Of a stretch of DNA of 64,000 bases, positions 1 through 13,551 are shown piece after piece (positions within the stretch are counted from its first letter, which is position 1; every line of letters starts with the position of its first letter). The notes under the pieces are model-generated. The model saw only the letters and a list, made by a program, of their open reading frames with translations, ran no database searches and had not been told where the DNA came from. The stretch is from NCBI GenBank assembly GCA_028534125.1, contig CM052817.1:95978001-96042000 (forward strand), read 5' to 3'. Source of the DNA: Lama glama (taxonomy: Eukaryota). A program made the translations under genes and the position numbers.

Positions 1-147
1 TATAGATCAAAGGGATTGGAAAATATATTTCCTCTCCTTCATCTCTAAAAATATAATGTCATAACTCAAAAAACATTGAGGTGGAATGGTCAGAGGCAGA
101 AAATAGGAGAGAAAATATATTGGGCTGTCTCCCTACGGGGAGACAGA

Positions 148-300
148 ATATGTGTGTGTGTGTGCATATGTGTACACATACATCCATGTGTGTATATGTA
201 TATGCATATACATATGTGTACATATATACACATACACAATATTTATATATACTTGTGGTTTTATATTATATATATCTGTGTACATATGCACACACTCACA
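148..300. repeat. Degenerate (TG)n/(TA)n/(CA)n microsatellite
   Basis: tgtgtgtgtgtgtgcatatgtgtacacatacatcc...tatatacacatacac seen directly. Confidence 0.9.
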
Positions 301-489
301 TAACTATGATCCCAGATTAACTGAAAACCTGGAAATTGACAATGTCAGTTTTATCATTGACTGTTATCCCAGGGACAAACATCCAAGAAGCAAAAATACC
401 CCACATTTCCCCCAAAAGGTACCTTTAGAGATGAGCCAGATCCTTGAGTCTTGTGGAAATATTTTAAACCATTCTTAATACAAAAGTCA

Positions 490-1176
490 GAACAATCTTT
501 CTAAAACTCAAATCTAATCACTCCATTCCCCTGTGGAAATTCTTCCTATTGCCCTTAGAATAAAGCCCTACATCCTCTTTACCAAGGCCCACGAGCCCCT
601 GTGTGACTCGGCTACCCCTGTCTGCCTCAGCTTCATCTCAAGCCATTCTCCACTTCATTTTCTGAGCTCCAGGCACAAGGGCTTTCTTTCAGTTCTTTGG
701 AAACATCATGGTCAGTCCTGTCTTAGGGCCTCTGAACATGGTGTTCTCTCTTACACAATGTTCTGCACTTAGGAAATTCCTACCATTGTTCAGATGTCAG
801 CTTAAAAGTCAACTGCTCTGAGAAGCCTTCCCTGGCCTTCTGTCTTTGCCTCAAATCTAGTAGGTAATAATTACTACACGTCCCTATGTGTTAGGCATTG
901 TGCCCAAATTCTTCACAACAACCCTATGAAGATGTAAAAATGAGTCCCAGGAAGATTAAGAAATATACCCAAGATCGCACAGCTTGTAAATGGTGGACAA
1001 GGAACTCACCGAGACGGCCCCCTGGTGGATTCTCTCTTCACACCCCATACTCTGTGGTTAATACTCATCACATAATCAGTTGCTTAATATTTGCTTTCCA
1101 CACCAGAATGTAACCTCCAGAAAGGGTGTCTGCAATGTTCACTAAGATACAAATGTTTCCTGTTGAATGAGTGAGT
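490..1176 (+). mobile_element. L2 LINE 3' fragment, interrupted by a MIR
   Basis: ctaaaactcaaatctaatcactcc...gcccttagaataaagccc...gaagccttccctg, and the tail ccagaatgtaacctcc...tgttgaatgagtgagt, resemble the L2 3' consensus. Confidence 0.75.
868..1015 (-). mobile_element. MIR SINE nested in L2
   Basis: cttcacaacaaccctatgaag...cccaagatcgcacagcttgtaaatgg matches the reverse MIR core. Confidence 0.7.
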
Positions 1177-2260
1177 GCATGATACACGGAGACATTTCTA
1201 ACACAAGGAGAAGAAAGGCTACCTACACATGCTCAGGATAAGTTGCTACCTATGCAATTAAAGCACTGAATTCAGAATGCATTTTGAAATAGGCATAATT
1301 TACTATTAAGTACTATATGACATCAAATCAAGTCCAAAGTAAAAATAATCTGAATGGGAAACATATGAAGATGTGTTAGGGAAAGGCAACACAGTGTGCA
1401 CATCTAACTCTGTATTGAAACCTACCACTAAGAGCAACTACTCAGAGTGCTTTTTGAAAATTCAGTTCTCTATAGTTTTCAGAGTAAGCTTAACAGCTCC
1501 CAACTCCGTGTCAAAGTATAAACACATTTAAAATCACATTGAAAAACTGCATATCATTACAGTAAAGCTATTTCAAAGAACCAGAGAAGATCTACCTCAA
1601 CGAATATAGCTAATCCTTGCATCTAAACAGTCAATATTACTTGTATTATATGTCAGGAAATCTAATCAGAATGATTGCAAATTTTCTAGAACTTAATATG
1701 TAAAGCCAATACCACTGGTTCTGGGGACTGGTCCAGGTTGGCCCTAGATTTCAAATTCTCATAATCTATGGTTATAACATGAATGGAAAACTGACTTAAG
1801 TATTTATTACAACATTTTACCTCTTTAAATCTTTCATCTACCTGTGCTACAATTGAGAAACAACATAACTAGGTCTTGTTTCATATTCTTCCTTTCTACT
1901 TTTCTATAACAAAGTGCTTAATGAGTATTGACACGGCCAAAGGCAGGAGGCAGCTTGCCATGAAAACATTTTCAAGGAGTATGAATATTATACGTGAAAT
2001 CACAAACTATAAAGGCTAATTATACTAGATCAGCATGCACATGAGGACACCAAGACAAAAGTCTGTCACTATACCTTTAGCAATATACCTATTTGGAGAG
2101 GCTGCAAAGCCCACCACGTACACACACAGTAAATACGAACGACATGAACAAACGAAAACATGGAGGACCTGGGAAAGATTCGAAGACGTCTTCCTCCCAA
2201 ACCCTTTTTCTATCCACGTATCCGTGGGAGCACATTCCTTCATGTTCTTATTCCTATAAA

Positions 2261-2388
2261 TTTTTTTTTGCAGGGGGGAGGTAATTAGATTTATTTATTT
2301 ATTTGATTTTTCAGTGGAGGTGGTGGGGATTGAACCCAGGACCTCAGGTATGCTAGGCATGTGCTCTACCACTTGAGCTATTCCCTAC
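2261..2388 (-). mobile_element. Camelid tRNA-Ala-derived SINE (Vic-1-like)
   Basis: Reverse complement: tagctcaagtggtagagcacatgcctagcat...gaggtcctgggttcaatcccc...ctaattacctcccccc plus A tail; contains Pol III A and B boxes. Confidence 0.9.
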
Positions 2389-4290
2389 GTATTTTCTATT
2401 CCCTGAGGTCTCTCCCACCTGGACTTGTAGATAGCCATATATGTCATTTGTTTTTCCTTGCTCAATTTGGACTCTATAGAAGTTAATATTCATAAAAATA
2501 AATAAGATATCCTGAGAAAAGTAAGCTAACTCAGCCTTGAATTCAAGACTCGGATCACTCTTTGCTATGCAATCATGGATTATTCTCATTATAGGTCAAT
2601 GTACAGGGTTTTTTTTCCCTCCACATTCTTCCAATTAATTATTCTCTCTTCTCTCTAGTCCAGATCTACTACCCAACAGGTTGCTTAATCACGTTTATCT
2701 GAAGAGAAATGATAAGGTAACTAGACCCTGGTATCATTTGATATTTTGTTCCCCAGCTTAATAACGCTACTTAGTCCAATTCTTTGGCTGCAAAAGGGGA
2801 TAATTATGTTAAGTTTTAAATAAAGCAGTAACTAATTCATCCAAAATAGTCCAAAGGGCTTAGAATATTGAAAGACACACAGATAATGGTAGAAAGGCCT
2901 ATTTCAATGGAGAGAGCATAATATAAACAAAAATTTTCTCTCCACTAATGGACATTTTACCAAAAGCTTTAAATAAAATGCATTATTTCATACATTATGG
3001 TAAGAAAGTCAAAAGCTCCTGAAAGTAGGAAAGGCCGATAGTTTTAGATTACACTACTCTAAATAAAGAAGGAATTATTGCTGACACTACCTTAAATATA
3101 CTGCATATTGACATGTTTTTGAAGAAATCATAGTTGTGTGGCACAAGTCAAAATCAAATTTAGTTCAATCAGCTACAGTATATTTTTTTAAAAATAAAAA
3201 CATATTAGGATACAAATATATGAAAAGGCCTTGCTCTTTATGTACCAAACTTTTAAATCCCTACTTATCTGCAAGCAAAAAATATGTACATTGGTGAAAA
3301 TTGTGCAATTATGCATATATTCATAAAAAGAGTAACTTCACACACACACACACAAATTCCTGTCCACCACCTCAACAAAAGATCACTGGCAGGGTGGGGG
3401 GAGCAGCGAGGGAACTTCCCCTTTAGAATTTGGTACTTAATGTTTAAAGCCATGAAAATGAAAAGTCACTGAGATTTACACAGAAATAATGAAGGGAAAA
3501 AGAGAAAAAGAAGCAAGAGAATTAAGTCAAACACTCCGTAAACTGAATTTAGACTTTGAGGTTTTACAGGACATTAATCTAATACTTGTCAAATTAGATT
3601 TTCAAATTCCATAATATTTGATTTCTTTCCTAAAACTGGTTTACCCTCAATCCCAGAAGTTTTTCTTTCAAAGATAAACTACAATTCTAAGTGTGATTTC
3701 TATTCAAGTAGGAGCACTATTGTTGTTTTTTAAAGTATTTATGAATCATATTTATGATTTTCCCCTCTTGAAACATTATTTTTGACTTTAATAAAGTTAA
3801 GACAGATGGAGGAACTAAAAGATGGTTTAATGTGAATTGAACAATCCTCATTTAAAAACCAGGCCACCTGTACACTATTTGTCAACTAAAATAATGTCAG
3901 AAAAGTTTTCAGTCATCTGGGAATTTCTTCCAACTTAGCAACTACAAACAACAAAGTCATCCAAGGAATTTCAGGGTAAGATAGAGCTGCTTTTGAAACA
4001 CAACCCCCCAAATATATACAATTGATCACAGGTAACTGTTCTGCTTTTGCTGTCGGACTATAACTTTTGGCTTGAAAAAAAGAATCATGACTATGTTCTA
4101 GTCTGCACCAGGAAGAATTTGCACAGACGCCTTGGATTTTCAGCAGTTGGACAGCTTGAACTTCCCTCACACCCTGCTTAACAGGGCTTTTCACTAATAT
4201 CACTCCTGAACGTTAAGTCACAAAGTGAGATCATCCAACAGAAGCCCTTCAGTTTGGCCTGTCCTCTTACGCTGATGCAGTGTTGAGACA

Positions 4291-4360
4291 ACGCTGTACT
4301 GTACACCAGAAACTGACACATTGTAATGGACTGACTTCAATAAAAAAATAATAAAATAAA
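4291..4360 (+). mobile_element. Short L1 3' end with A-rich tail (camelid/artiodactyl type)
   Basis: ctgtacaccagaaactgacacattgtaa...acttcaataaaaaaata. Confidence 0.75.
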
Positions 4361-5574
4361 ATATTAGAATAGAAAAGACAAAAAGTAAATCTGTGGATTG
4401 TTCAAGAGTAAAGAAGAGCTTGCAGCAGGACACCCAAGAATGGAGTCACTGTCCAGTGCGTGGATCTGGGCCAGCATCAGAACAGGAGAGCGGGAGAAAC
4501 ACCTGTAAGAACTCTCTGGAGTATGACTTAACAATACAAAACAAACGTGGAAACCGAAGCCAAAAGAGGAACTGGATAAAGCAATAACAAAAGAAGTTGT
4601 TCATTTTGGGCAGAGGCTCTGGGGACCAGAGTTTAAGAGGCAGAGCTGTAAAGCACAGTTAGCTCTTCAGGCAGTGCACATGTATATAATGGTACAAGCG
4701 TTCAAAGCGTTATCGGTAGACACTGCTATGTTCTGCAACATCATGTAATCAGGACACTCGAGATTTCTGAAAATATGTGGAAACGTGTGTGCATGAGCAA
4801 ATGCCTGTGAATGAGTAGAACACTTTTGCTGGACCCTCTCAATTAAAAAAAAAAGAAAAAGATTCTGTCCTGAAAGAAAAAAATGGATTAATTTCTTCAC
4901 ACAAGACAATGTCCTACATTTTGACCTTTGTTTTGGCAACAAAACATCAATTAAGATATAAGAAGGAGCTCTGTGAAAAACAGTAATAGTTATATACACC
5001 GGTACCCACACACAATGACTGTGTGACATCCAAGATAGCTTAAATATGTGGTTATCTTTCTGGTTCAAGTACAGTAAGAGTAAAAGTCTCAAAAAGATTC
5101 TTCATCACAAAAGAAGTCAAAGAAGACAAATGAAGATACAGAAAATCAGAAACTCCAGAAGAGAATCTCCATGAGATTACACTGTAAGAACAGTGGAACA
5201 TCTGTTTTACAAAAATAGACAAGCCTGGGACCAGTGATCAGGAAGACCTTTAATTTGATGTAATAAGAAACAGCTTTATGGATCACAGCGTGCTGGAATT
5301 ACTCTCCTTCCGAAAAGAATCTTTGGGTGATGTCAAAAGACAAGAAGGATGAAATGTGGCTTTGGAAAGGCTGTTCAGAGATGGAAACAAAAACAAGTCC
5401 ATCCTGAAGGAGGAGAAAGGATGGGAGAGAAAAAATAGCCAAGGTGGGAAAAGTGATACCTTGCCTGTGAACACACATCACAGACTGCTAACAGATAAGA
5501 CTTGCTAACGCCCAGGCTTTTTGGTTCTATCCTGAGTCCTGGGCAATGATTAACTTACTCTATAGTGATTTAGC

Positions 5575-7050
5575 ACAGTCTGGGCGCCAGGCATTATGAA
5601 CAGCAGGAACACTGGAATGAAAAAGTCGGACAAGGACCCCCGCTCTCAGAGCTGACAAACAAGGCCCTTTGATAATGACAATGGCTTTGAAGAAAATAAA
5701 ACAGGTCAGTGCAATAGAAGTACCGGGGAGGCACTCAGGGAACGCCACTGAGGAGGTGCCATTTGAACTGGCACTTGAGTGACAAGAAGGAGCCAATCCA
5801 ATGACGACTGGAAGAAAGAATGTTCCAGACAGAGGGGATGGCTAGTGCAAAGGCCCTGAGGGAAAAAAACAGGGTTGATGTGTTTGAGGAGAGAAACTCT
5901 GTGTTGCTGGAGTGTGCTGAGTATGGGGTATGTATAAGTGTGCGGCCAAGGAGGGAGGCAGGGCTAGGTAAGAAGACCTTAGTGGCTGGGATAAGGAGCC
6001 TAGATTTTATCCTAAGGGTAAGAGAAGACACCAGAGGTTTTAAAACCAGGAGAGAGTTGGGAGAGTATAGTGACACAATGTGAGGTTTATATTCTAAAAA
6101 CCTTACTTTAGCTGATATGTGAAATCAGAATTTTAAGGAGATCACCGTAGAAGCAGGGGGACCAATTAGGGAATAACTGCAGCATGACAGGCCAGAGTTG
6201 ATGACATCTTGCATTTGGAGAGTGACAGTGAAGATGAAGAGAAGTTAATGAACTCAAGATATAATTTGAAGGGAGATCCAACAGGATTTGCTGATGAGTC
6301 AGATATGGGGAGGGGGCAGTGGAGGTAAGAGAGAAATCTAGCGAGAGTCTTAAATCCAAGCAATGGGTAGAGCCATTGACTGAAGTGAGAAGGTTAAGGG
6401 AGAAGCAGCTGAAGGACGGGGGAATCAAGAATTCTATCTTGCATATGGTAAACTTGAGATGCTTATTAGACAGCCAAGATGAGCCAGCAAATAGGCTTTC
6501 TGATACGTGGGTCTGGCACTTAGGGGAGAAGTTAGAGCTGAAGACATCGACTTGGTAGCAGGTGCATTTTGATGTTACATATAAACTATGGGGTTGGATG
6601 GACTTTCTGAGAGAGTTATTGCAGACAGAGAAAAGACCAGGACCTGCCACCAAGCCCTGAGACATTCTAACATGTACAGAAGTCAAGCAGGGCAGAGAAC
6701 CCACGTAGGATACTGAGAAGGAGCACTAGAAACCTCAGGAGAAGGGGATGTCATGGAAACGAAGAGGAAAACATGTTTCAAGGAGAAAGTGATCCATTGT
6801 ATCTAGTACTGCCAAGTGATTGAATAAGACAAGGACAGAGAAACCACCAGTGGCTTTGGCAAGATGGAGGTCACTGGTGACTTTGATCAGGGCAGAGTCA
6901 AGCTCTAAGTAGAGTTCTGGTGGGGCTGGAGTAGAGTAAATTGAGGAGAGGAGGTGCTATAAGGAGTAAAGACTGGGACAGTTGTTTCAAATTTTGCTTG
7001 CTTGGAAGATGAGCAGTGAAATGGGGCTGTGGCTGGAGGGAACTTGGACG
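5575..7050 (-). mobile_element. L2 LINE fragment (about 1.5 kb) including a decayed reverse transcriptase region
   Basis: ORF 6108-6704 (-) contains SQGLVAGPGLFS...SSWLSNKHLKFTICKIEFLI, similar to L2/CR1-clade RT (PQGSVLGPLLF...W-HLKLN-KTE-LI). Flanking DNA matches the reverse L2 3' region. Confidence 0.85.
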
Positions 7051-8299
7051 GTGTTATGAGAGCATGATCCAGTAGAAACCCACACTCAATCCTATTCTGG
7101 TATCTATAGTATAAATATCTGGGTTGGAAGGCAGAATCTTGAGTTATTGAGTCACAGATACAATAAATATTTGTGGAAATATTTATTAAACATCGCCTAG
7201 ATGCGAGGTATGCGCTATGGTAAGAGTCAGACTAGAGCTAAGGATATGGACTTGGAATTTCAGCACTTGAGCTCTTGCTAGGGAGCAGAACCCTAATCCA
7301 AGACTTGTTGTGTTTGGTTCCGAGGAACTAAAAAAAAGATGCTAAGCTTCAGGTCCCATTGGACTTACTGTCCTTCACATCTGATGACAAGCCAATGAGA
7401 TGACAGGCTGTCAATAACCTCCTACTCTCCATACACATACAATGTTTATCAGTCCAACCTTGCAGCTATGTATTTTTTCCTTTCAATATTTCAGCTGGAT
7501 GTTTGTACCTTTGGACCACCTTTTCCCAGTTCTCCCCATAATCCCCTTCCAGATGTTTAAAGAAAAAGAAGAGGAAGAATACAAAGGAGATAGAAATGAA
7601 CTAACATGTAATAAAGATTGCACAAAACCTATGTTGACATTTAGGGAATAAACATTTACATATAAAAGTGTAAAGAAGGCTAGCAATAAGAAAAACACCC
7701 CAAAGAGAACAAAGGCAAAGTGGAAACCATCAATGAAAGGAAAGAAATGGCAAACACTGAATGGCCCCAAGATTCAGAAAAGCCAAAATGTGCTTCCTGA
7801 GTAAGGAGTCAGAGGAGTATCAGTCATTGAGGCATCATCAATCAGTATTTTTCTCAGAGATCTTAAGCTGTTCCAACAGCAGAGAGAATAGTCCCCGGGT
7901 TGGAGAGACCTACTCTATCCTACCCTCCTCACTCACACTGGCTGCTGGTCCCCAGGACCCCTTGCTGCTCCAGCAATCCTCCCGTCTTCTCTGTGCTCTA
8001 CTCCCACCCTCCCCCCAAACTACGGCCACTGTCCGGCTCGGTGCATCTTCTGGATGATGGTGGATGATTTAATTACAGAAACCAAGGCAAGAATCAGATA
8101 CAAGGAAAGAAGCCAAATATGACAAAAGGGCAGGGACAGAGCCCTTTACTACGTTCCCTTATTAGTAAGCATTGCCCAGGATACCAATGTGGACGCTCTT
8201 GGTGAGAGAAGGAAGATGAAGTGAGAGCAGGCAATGTTTACCGCATGTCTCTTACATGCCAGCAACTCTGCCTTGGTTTCACGTCTCCATGTTTGTTCT

Positions 8300-8456
8300 C
8301 CACGTTGACAACAATCCTGAGTTGCCTACAGAGGAGGCAACTTTCACCAAAACAGATGAGAATTGTGCCCACATTCACACAGCGAGATAGAAACAGAACT
8401 GGGGTGTGAAACCAAGTCTGCCTGACTCTAAACACCATTATCTTCCCATTATAAAA
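8300..8456 (-). mobile_element. MIR fragment
   Basis: acagatgag...tgcccacattcacacagc...aaccaagtctgcctgactctaaa. Confidence 0.65.
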
Positions 8457-8833
8457 CACCGTGGAGTGGATTACATATGTTTAAAATATATCAAATTAAG
8501 GAAAAATGATGAACTTATATAATATTGTATATCAACTATATCAGCAAAAAAAAATAGAAACAAACATAAAAACCACAAAGCAAATAAATGAGTAGAGATG
8601 ATGTGAAAATAGTAAGTGGAAAATGTATAAATGTAATGAATTTGTGATTTAGGGCGCTTTGAATCATCAGCATTTTTTGTTGAGATGGTGAAGGTCAACT
8701 AGGTTAAAAACTAGATTAAAAGAAAATTCATGAAACATTTTCAGAAACCGGGTTAAAGGGTGATAATTACATATTATGCAGGTATGTTCAGAATGAAATT
8801 AAAATGTACATTTACATACACACAAGAGGTATA

Positions 8834-8869
8834 AACACACACACACAAACACAGACACACACACACACA
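8834..8869. repeat. (AC)n microsatellite
   Basis: acacacacacacaaacacagacacacacacacaca. Confidence 0.9.
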
Positions 8870-8871
8870 AT

Positions 8872-9770
8872 TTTTATCTTCAGAACCAATTGAGAGTAAG
8901 TTGAAGATGTAATATACCATCAATACTTCTGTGTGTATTTCCTAAAAGACAAGAACACTTGCCTACAGAACCACAATAAAACCTGATAAATCAGGAAGTT
9001 ATCTTGAAAATGGTAACTACCATCAAATCCAGTCCCATGAAACTTCACCAATTGTCCCAATCTAGAATCACGTTTTTGCACATGATTGTCATGTCTCTTT
9101 ATCTGGAACAATTCCTTAATCTTTCCTTGCCTTTCATAACCTTGGTAGTTTTGAAGAATTTAGGCCAGTTATTTCACCAAGTGTCCCTCTATTTGTGTTT
9201 GTCTGTGTCGTTTTCAGGTTATGCATTTTTGCCAGGAATGCCGCAGAAGTGACGCTGGGCTCTTCTCAATGCACCACATCCGACAGCAATGATGTCCAGT
9301 TACCCCATTCCCAGGGATGTTCACTTTGCCTCCTTGGTTTAAAGGGGGTGTCTTCTAGGTTTCTCTTCGCAATTTTTCCCTTGTTAATTAAAATACTTTG
9401 AGAATACTATCACCCTGTTCCTTCGTTAACTTTCATGCGCTAGTTTTAACATCCGTGAATGACTCATGCCTGAATCGATTATTAGCATTACTTCTATGAG
9501 AGCTCCCACATGGTGATTTTCTAACGCCATCTTTCCTTCTGTGTTTATTGCCTAGAATTCTCCCCCATTGATTTATTTATTCATTTCTCCATTTATAGCA
9601 CTATGGACTCCTAGGGTCCTATTTTACTTAGTAGGGTATAATCTTTTACCATAATTATTTATTTTGATAATTATTTCAGCATCAAAAGAAATCAGATTTG
9701 ACCAGTGCATGGCCCTACAAGCTGGCTCCCGTGTACTTTCTGATGCGGACTCACCATTTTTTGAACACTA
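8872..9770 (-). mobile_element. Old L1 3' region (L1MC4/L1MC5-like)
   Basis: gaaccaattgagagtaagttgaaga...aatacttctgtgtgtatttcctaaaagacaaga is a typical reverse L1MC 3' UTR. Confidence 0.75.
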
Positions 9771-10039
9771 ATTATCCTCAATGTAGACAGATCTTCAGAC
9801 CTCCTATATATAATCGGCATCCTGGCTGTGTCAGCCCTGACTGCCTTCTTAGTCTTACTTAGTCCAGTCCCAGTCGCCTCCTCAGCCCTAGATGCACGGG
9901 CCACCCCAAGCCCAGCTGCCTCCAGACAAGGGAAGGAAACCAAAATTATTTTTCAAAGAAAAGATGAAAAAAAGGAAGAGAAGGAGGACAGGAAGGGAAA
10001 TTCAGCCTCACTCTAGAGTGATTATTTGTGAATAATCTT

Positions 10040-10620
10040 GGGGGGGCAGTCATTTTTCCCACAGCCCTTGAAGATACTCCATTTTATTTTGTCCTGTTAC
10101 CGGAGAAGCCAGCTGCCAGACTAGTTATTGTTGTTCAAGAAAGTTGTCTTTTCTCTCTGGCTGCAGGAGGATTTTTCTCCTTGAGCGTTATGTGTAGTGG
10201 TTAAGAGCACAAACTTGGGAGCTAGATTATCTGGGTTCAAATTCCAGTTTGGCCACACAGTAGCTGAATGATCTTAGGAAAATTAAGTAACCTCTCTGTG
10301 CCTTATTCTCCTCTTCAATAAAATAAGTGTGAGTTACTAGCCATTACTAAGTGAGTTAATATGTATATAAAGCACTTAGATGATTACCAGGCACAGAGTA
10401 ACCACCGGATAAGCGCTTGCCATCACTATTAGCAGTGGTTGTGGTCACAGTGGTCCGTGTTGTACTGAAGTTTTATTCTGACGTATAGATCTGGATTGTT
10501 TTTATACTTATCTACTTGAACTTGGTGAACTTCTTCAATCTGGGGATTCATATCTTACTAATTCTGAAAAATTCTCAGCCATTCCTGCTATTCTCTTTCT
10601 CTGGAATTCCTGTCTGAAAC
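10040..10620 (-). mobile_element. Ancient L1M/HAL1 ORF1-region fragment split by a MIR
   Basis: gaagatactcc...gagaagccagctgccagact...ctctggctgc and attctgaaaaattctcagccatt lie on either side of the MIR. Confidence 0.55.
10184..10430 (+). mobile_element. Near full-length MIR
   Basis: gtagtggttaagagcac...ctgggttcaaattccag...aacctctctgtgcct...taaagcacttaga. Confidence 0.85.
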
Positions 10621-11029
10621 TAGTTTTTACATTAACCTCTAGGCTTGGAGTTTCTGGGCCCATAAAAATAGTATAAATTCATATTCGACAGCCACCTGTG
10701 GAGCTTCTGTTTTTCACAGGAGACTTCTCTTCTTCCACTCGAACTGCCAGCCTAGGACAACCCTACCACTCACCTTGGCCAATGAGTAGAGTTTTTTTCT
10801 AGTACCTCTTTCAATGGTGAGGCACCTTTTAGGTTCCCAAGTTTATTCAGTGGCTTCAGCCCCAGCTAACTGCCTTGAATATACCCAAACTACATTTCAA
10901 GCGAGTGCATATATATTTAGCACTTAAATATGAAGGCATGTAACATTCTTGTACGTACAACTTGGGCATTGATGATTTTCTTCGTAAATTCCTAGAATTG
11001 GACCTGACCCACCAAGAGCAGGCTGAACA

Positions 11030-11270
11030 GCAAAGTGGTTATCATTGTGGCATCTGGAGTCAGAAAGCTCAAAGCTTGACTTCATCACTTAATAGCTATC
11101 TCACTCGGGGGGAGGAGGCAGTAGGCAGACACAAACTTTTAGTTCTGGTTTCCTCATTGATAGTATAGGAGTAATAATAGTTATTGTGAGGAAAAAATAT
11201 AATAGATGTTAAGTGCTTAGCACAGCTCCAAGTCCAGAGCAGCTTTCATAAAAGCTATTATTATTGTTGT
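11030..11270 (+). mobile_element. MIR
   Basis: ctggagtcaga...ggtttcctcatt...gttattgtgagg...aagtgcttagcacag. Confidence 0.75.
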
Positions 11271-11309
11271 GATTATTTTCAGTGTTTTCAGTTTTGATTT
11301 ACACTATGA

Positions 11310-11620
11310 AACCACCATCTAGAAAGACTGTATCTACATACACACCTACCAACAGTGTATATTTCTAAGTCTTTCCATTCTTACCAATAATAGGTCTTGT
11401 CAATCTTGTTCGACTTTGCTAATTTTACAGATGGAAAATATTTTTATTTGTACTAGTCTGATTAGAAGTGTGGTTTGTACATCTTATCACAGGTTTATTT
11501 CTCATCCACAGTTGTTCCTCTGTGGACGGCCAGTTTAAGATCTTTGCTCATTTTCCTACTGGTTTATATATTTGTTTCTTCTTTATCCATAAGATCTGTT
11601 TACATGTGGGCCAGAGACAA
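11310..11620 (-). mobile_element. Old L1 (L1ME-like) ORF2 3' fragment
   Basis: cctaccaacagtgtat...cttaccaata...tctttgctcattttcct. Confidence 0.6.
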
Positions 11621-12619
11621 AATAACTCTTCTGTCCCTGTTAAGTAGCCCTACTTATTAGGTTTCAAGAGAGTTTCAAGCACACCTTTTCATCTTTCTGT
11701 TTCCAGACCTCCGATCGTGGTCCATGTTCGCCTCACCCATGCTATTTGTGATTTGATAGATTTCTACTTTCCAGGCCAAGGAGTCCTAACCTTTCACTTT
11801 GTTCACATATGTCAATTCCTCTTCCCTCCCTCCTACTCCTCTGATCATTTTATAATGAATTGGTAACCACAATAATGAAATTTACTGAGAAAACTAAATT
11901 TTGAGATGCTGCTATGACTAATGGAGTCAGAGAAATGATGAAAAGGGCTTTAATGAGGTTTGAGATTGGAATATTATAGATAGAAAATCAATTTGGAAAA
12001 TGCTGTCAGCTTTGTCTACAGGGGGAAAATTATTTAAACACACACACATCTAAAGGATAAAAGTGATACCGAAGGCAATGAAGCCCCAAGAATTGTTTTA
12101 TAATAGAAAAAAAAATTCTTTTTTTATCTATCTACTACTATTTTGCTATAATTAAAAAATCTAAGTAGATAAATATCCAGATACATTATATATTCAAATT
12201 CTGGAAGGATTAGTGAAAAATTAAGCATTTGACCATTATAACTAAATTACCCTTAACTCTACATAATCTCGAAGGTAGAATAAAGAGTTTTATATAGCTG
12301 CTTTGCAGTATCACGTAGAAAAACAATTTTGCAAATTTTGGTCATCTCATACAATGTATTTTCTCTTCCTCAAAAGAAAAACTGAATTTCATGGACTCAG
12401 GACTAGTGAATATTTTACAGAAAAGCATATCTTTTCCATAAAGCCATTTGTGCCATGTCCTGCACATATACTGTAAAGCACCATATACATCAAAGTGAAA
12501 TTACTGTTTAAACAGATTATCAGGTCATAGAACAATTAGAAGCTACAGTTCTGTTAAAATAACTCTAATGAGACCTGGAAAACTGCTTCAAGTCTGGGTT
12601 ATTTAAGCATTCAACAGAT

Positions 12620-12761
12620 TCTCTGTTTTTAATCTTTGAAAATTAGATGAAAGCGATGGCCTTTCCCTCTAGAAAAACCCATATACAATTATAGAATAAA
12701 TTTTGATTATAAATTTTCAGAACTTACAAAGACTCCATGCTTCTAGGCTAAGAAACTCTTG
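12620..12761. mobile_element. hAT-Charlie DNA transposon fragment (MER103C-like)
   Basis: gatgaaagcgatggcc...agaaaaa...aaattttg...aattttcag...ggctaagaaactcttg followed by a ctctagag target-like site. Confidence 0.55.
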
Positions 12762-13396
12762 CTCTAGAGGAAATTTTGTTTTTCAGACTATCACAAAATA
12801 CAAACAAATCTGTTTCAGCCTTAGGCACTCCATCTATTTATTTTGGAGGGTATAAGAATTAAAGTTTCACCATAAATGTCACCTCATCCATAAGCTCTTC
12901 ATTAGCGCTTTACAGAGTAAAGGCTTGTCAACCTCTGCAACTCACTACTGATGCACCTTCAAGCTGATCTCCACCTTCAGCTCAGGATACCTTCCAACGA
13001 GCACCCTCACTGGCTACGTTGGAGACCTAATGATTGCCAGAGCAGCCTTTGGAGTTTGACACGTAAGAAACCAGCTACCACCAATCTGCTCAGTGCGTGG
13101 GTCCTAGGACCCTTTCTTGTGATGCAATTCTGGTCTCTCGTATATAAACCTGATTCACTTTGGTGATGGGGTCCTTTCCCACCCCTCTTCCTTTACAAAC
13201 TACCAGGATAACTCAATGTACGCAGAGGTCATATTACCACAAGTGAGGCTGAAAGTATACCTGAAAAAAAGAAGCCAATTTTCCAGCTCCAAGCCTCTTT
13301 CCCAGTACCTAATAGTTTCACTATTAAAGGGGAGGGGGGGTAACTTCTGAGAGTAACAGATACACATTTATTCAAATCTAAGCATCGTGTATTCCA

Positions 13397-13492
13397 GGGG
13401 GAGGGTCTAGCTCAGTGGTAGAGTTCATGCTTAGCATGCACGAGGTCCTGGCTTCAATCCCCAGTACCTCCATTTAAAAAAAAAAAGAAAAG
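13397..13492 (+). mobile_element. Vic-1-like SINE, short form (tRNA head plus A tail)
   Basis: gggggagggtctagctcagtggtagagttcatgcttagcatgcacgaggtcctggcttcaatccccagtacctcca followed by a poly-A tail. Confidence 0.9.
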
Positions 13493-13551
13493 TCACAAAA
13501 ATAAACACAGCATTCCAAGATCAAATATAATTTATTTAAGCAAACAACTAC

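Noticed and set aside
76..478. Three overlapping ORFs rich in C, V, Y, I and H
   Set aside because: They are translations of a TG/TA/CA microsatellite.
7162..7187. Hairpin aataaatattt-gtgg-aaatatttatt, possibly two L2 tails back to back as in L2-derived miRNAs
   Set aside because: Only 11 AT-rich pairs, and the pairing does not extend; too short for a pre-miRNA.
13204..13260. Possible 57-nt minus-strand exon (cttctttttttcag|...CTG|gtagtt)
   Set aside because: The donor is weak, there is a stop in the SLC10A7 phase, and I see no similarity to SLC10A7 or any protein I recognise.
13397..13472. Sequence close to a tRNA-Ala(AGC) gene
   Set aside because: It has the SINE-type GGGGGAGGG 5' end, an altered B box (GGCTTCAA) and a poly-A tail, and seven relatives occur in the window. 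It is a SINE, not a tRNA gene.
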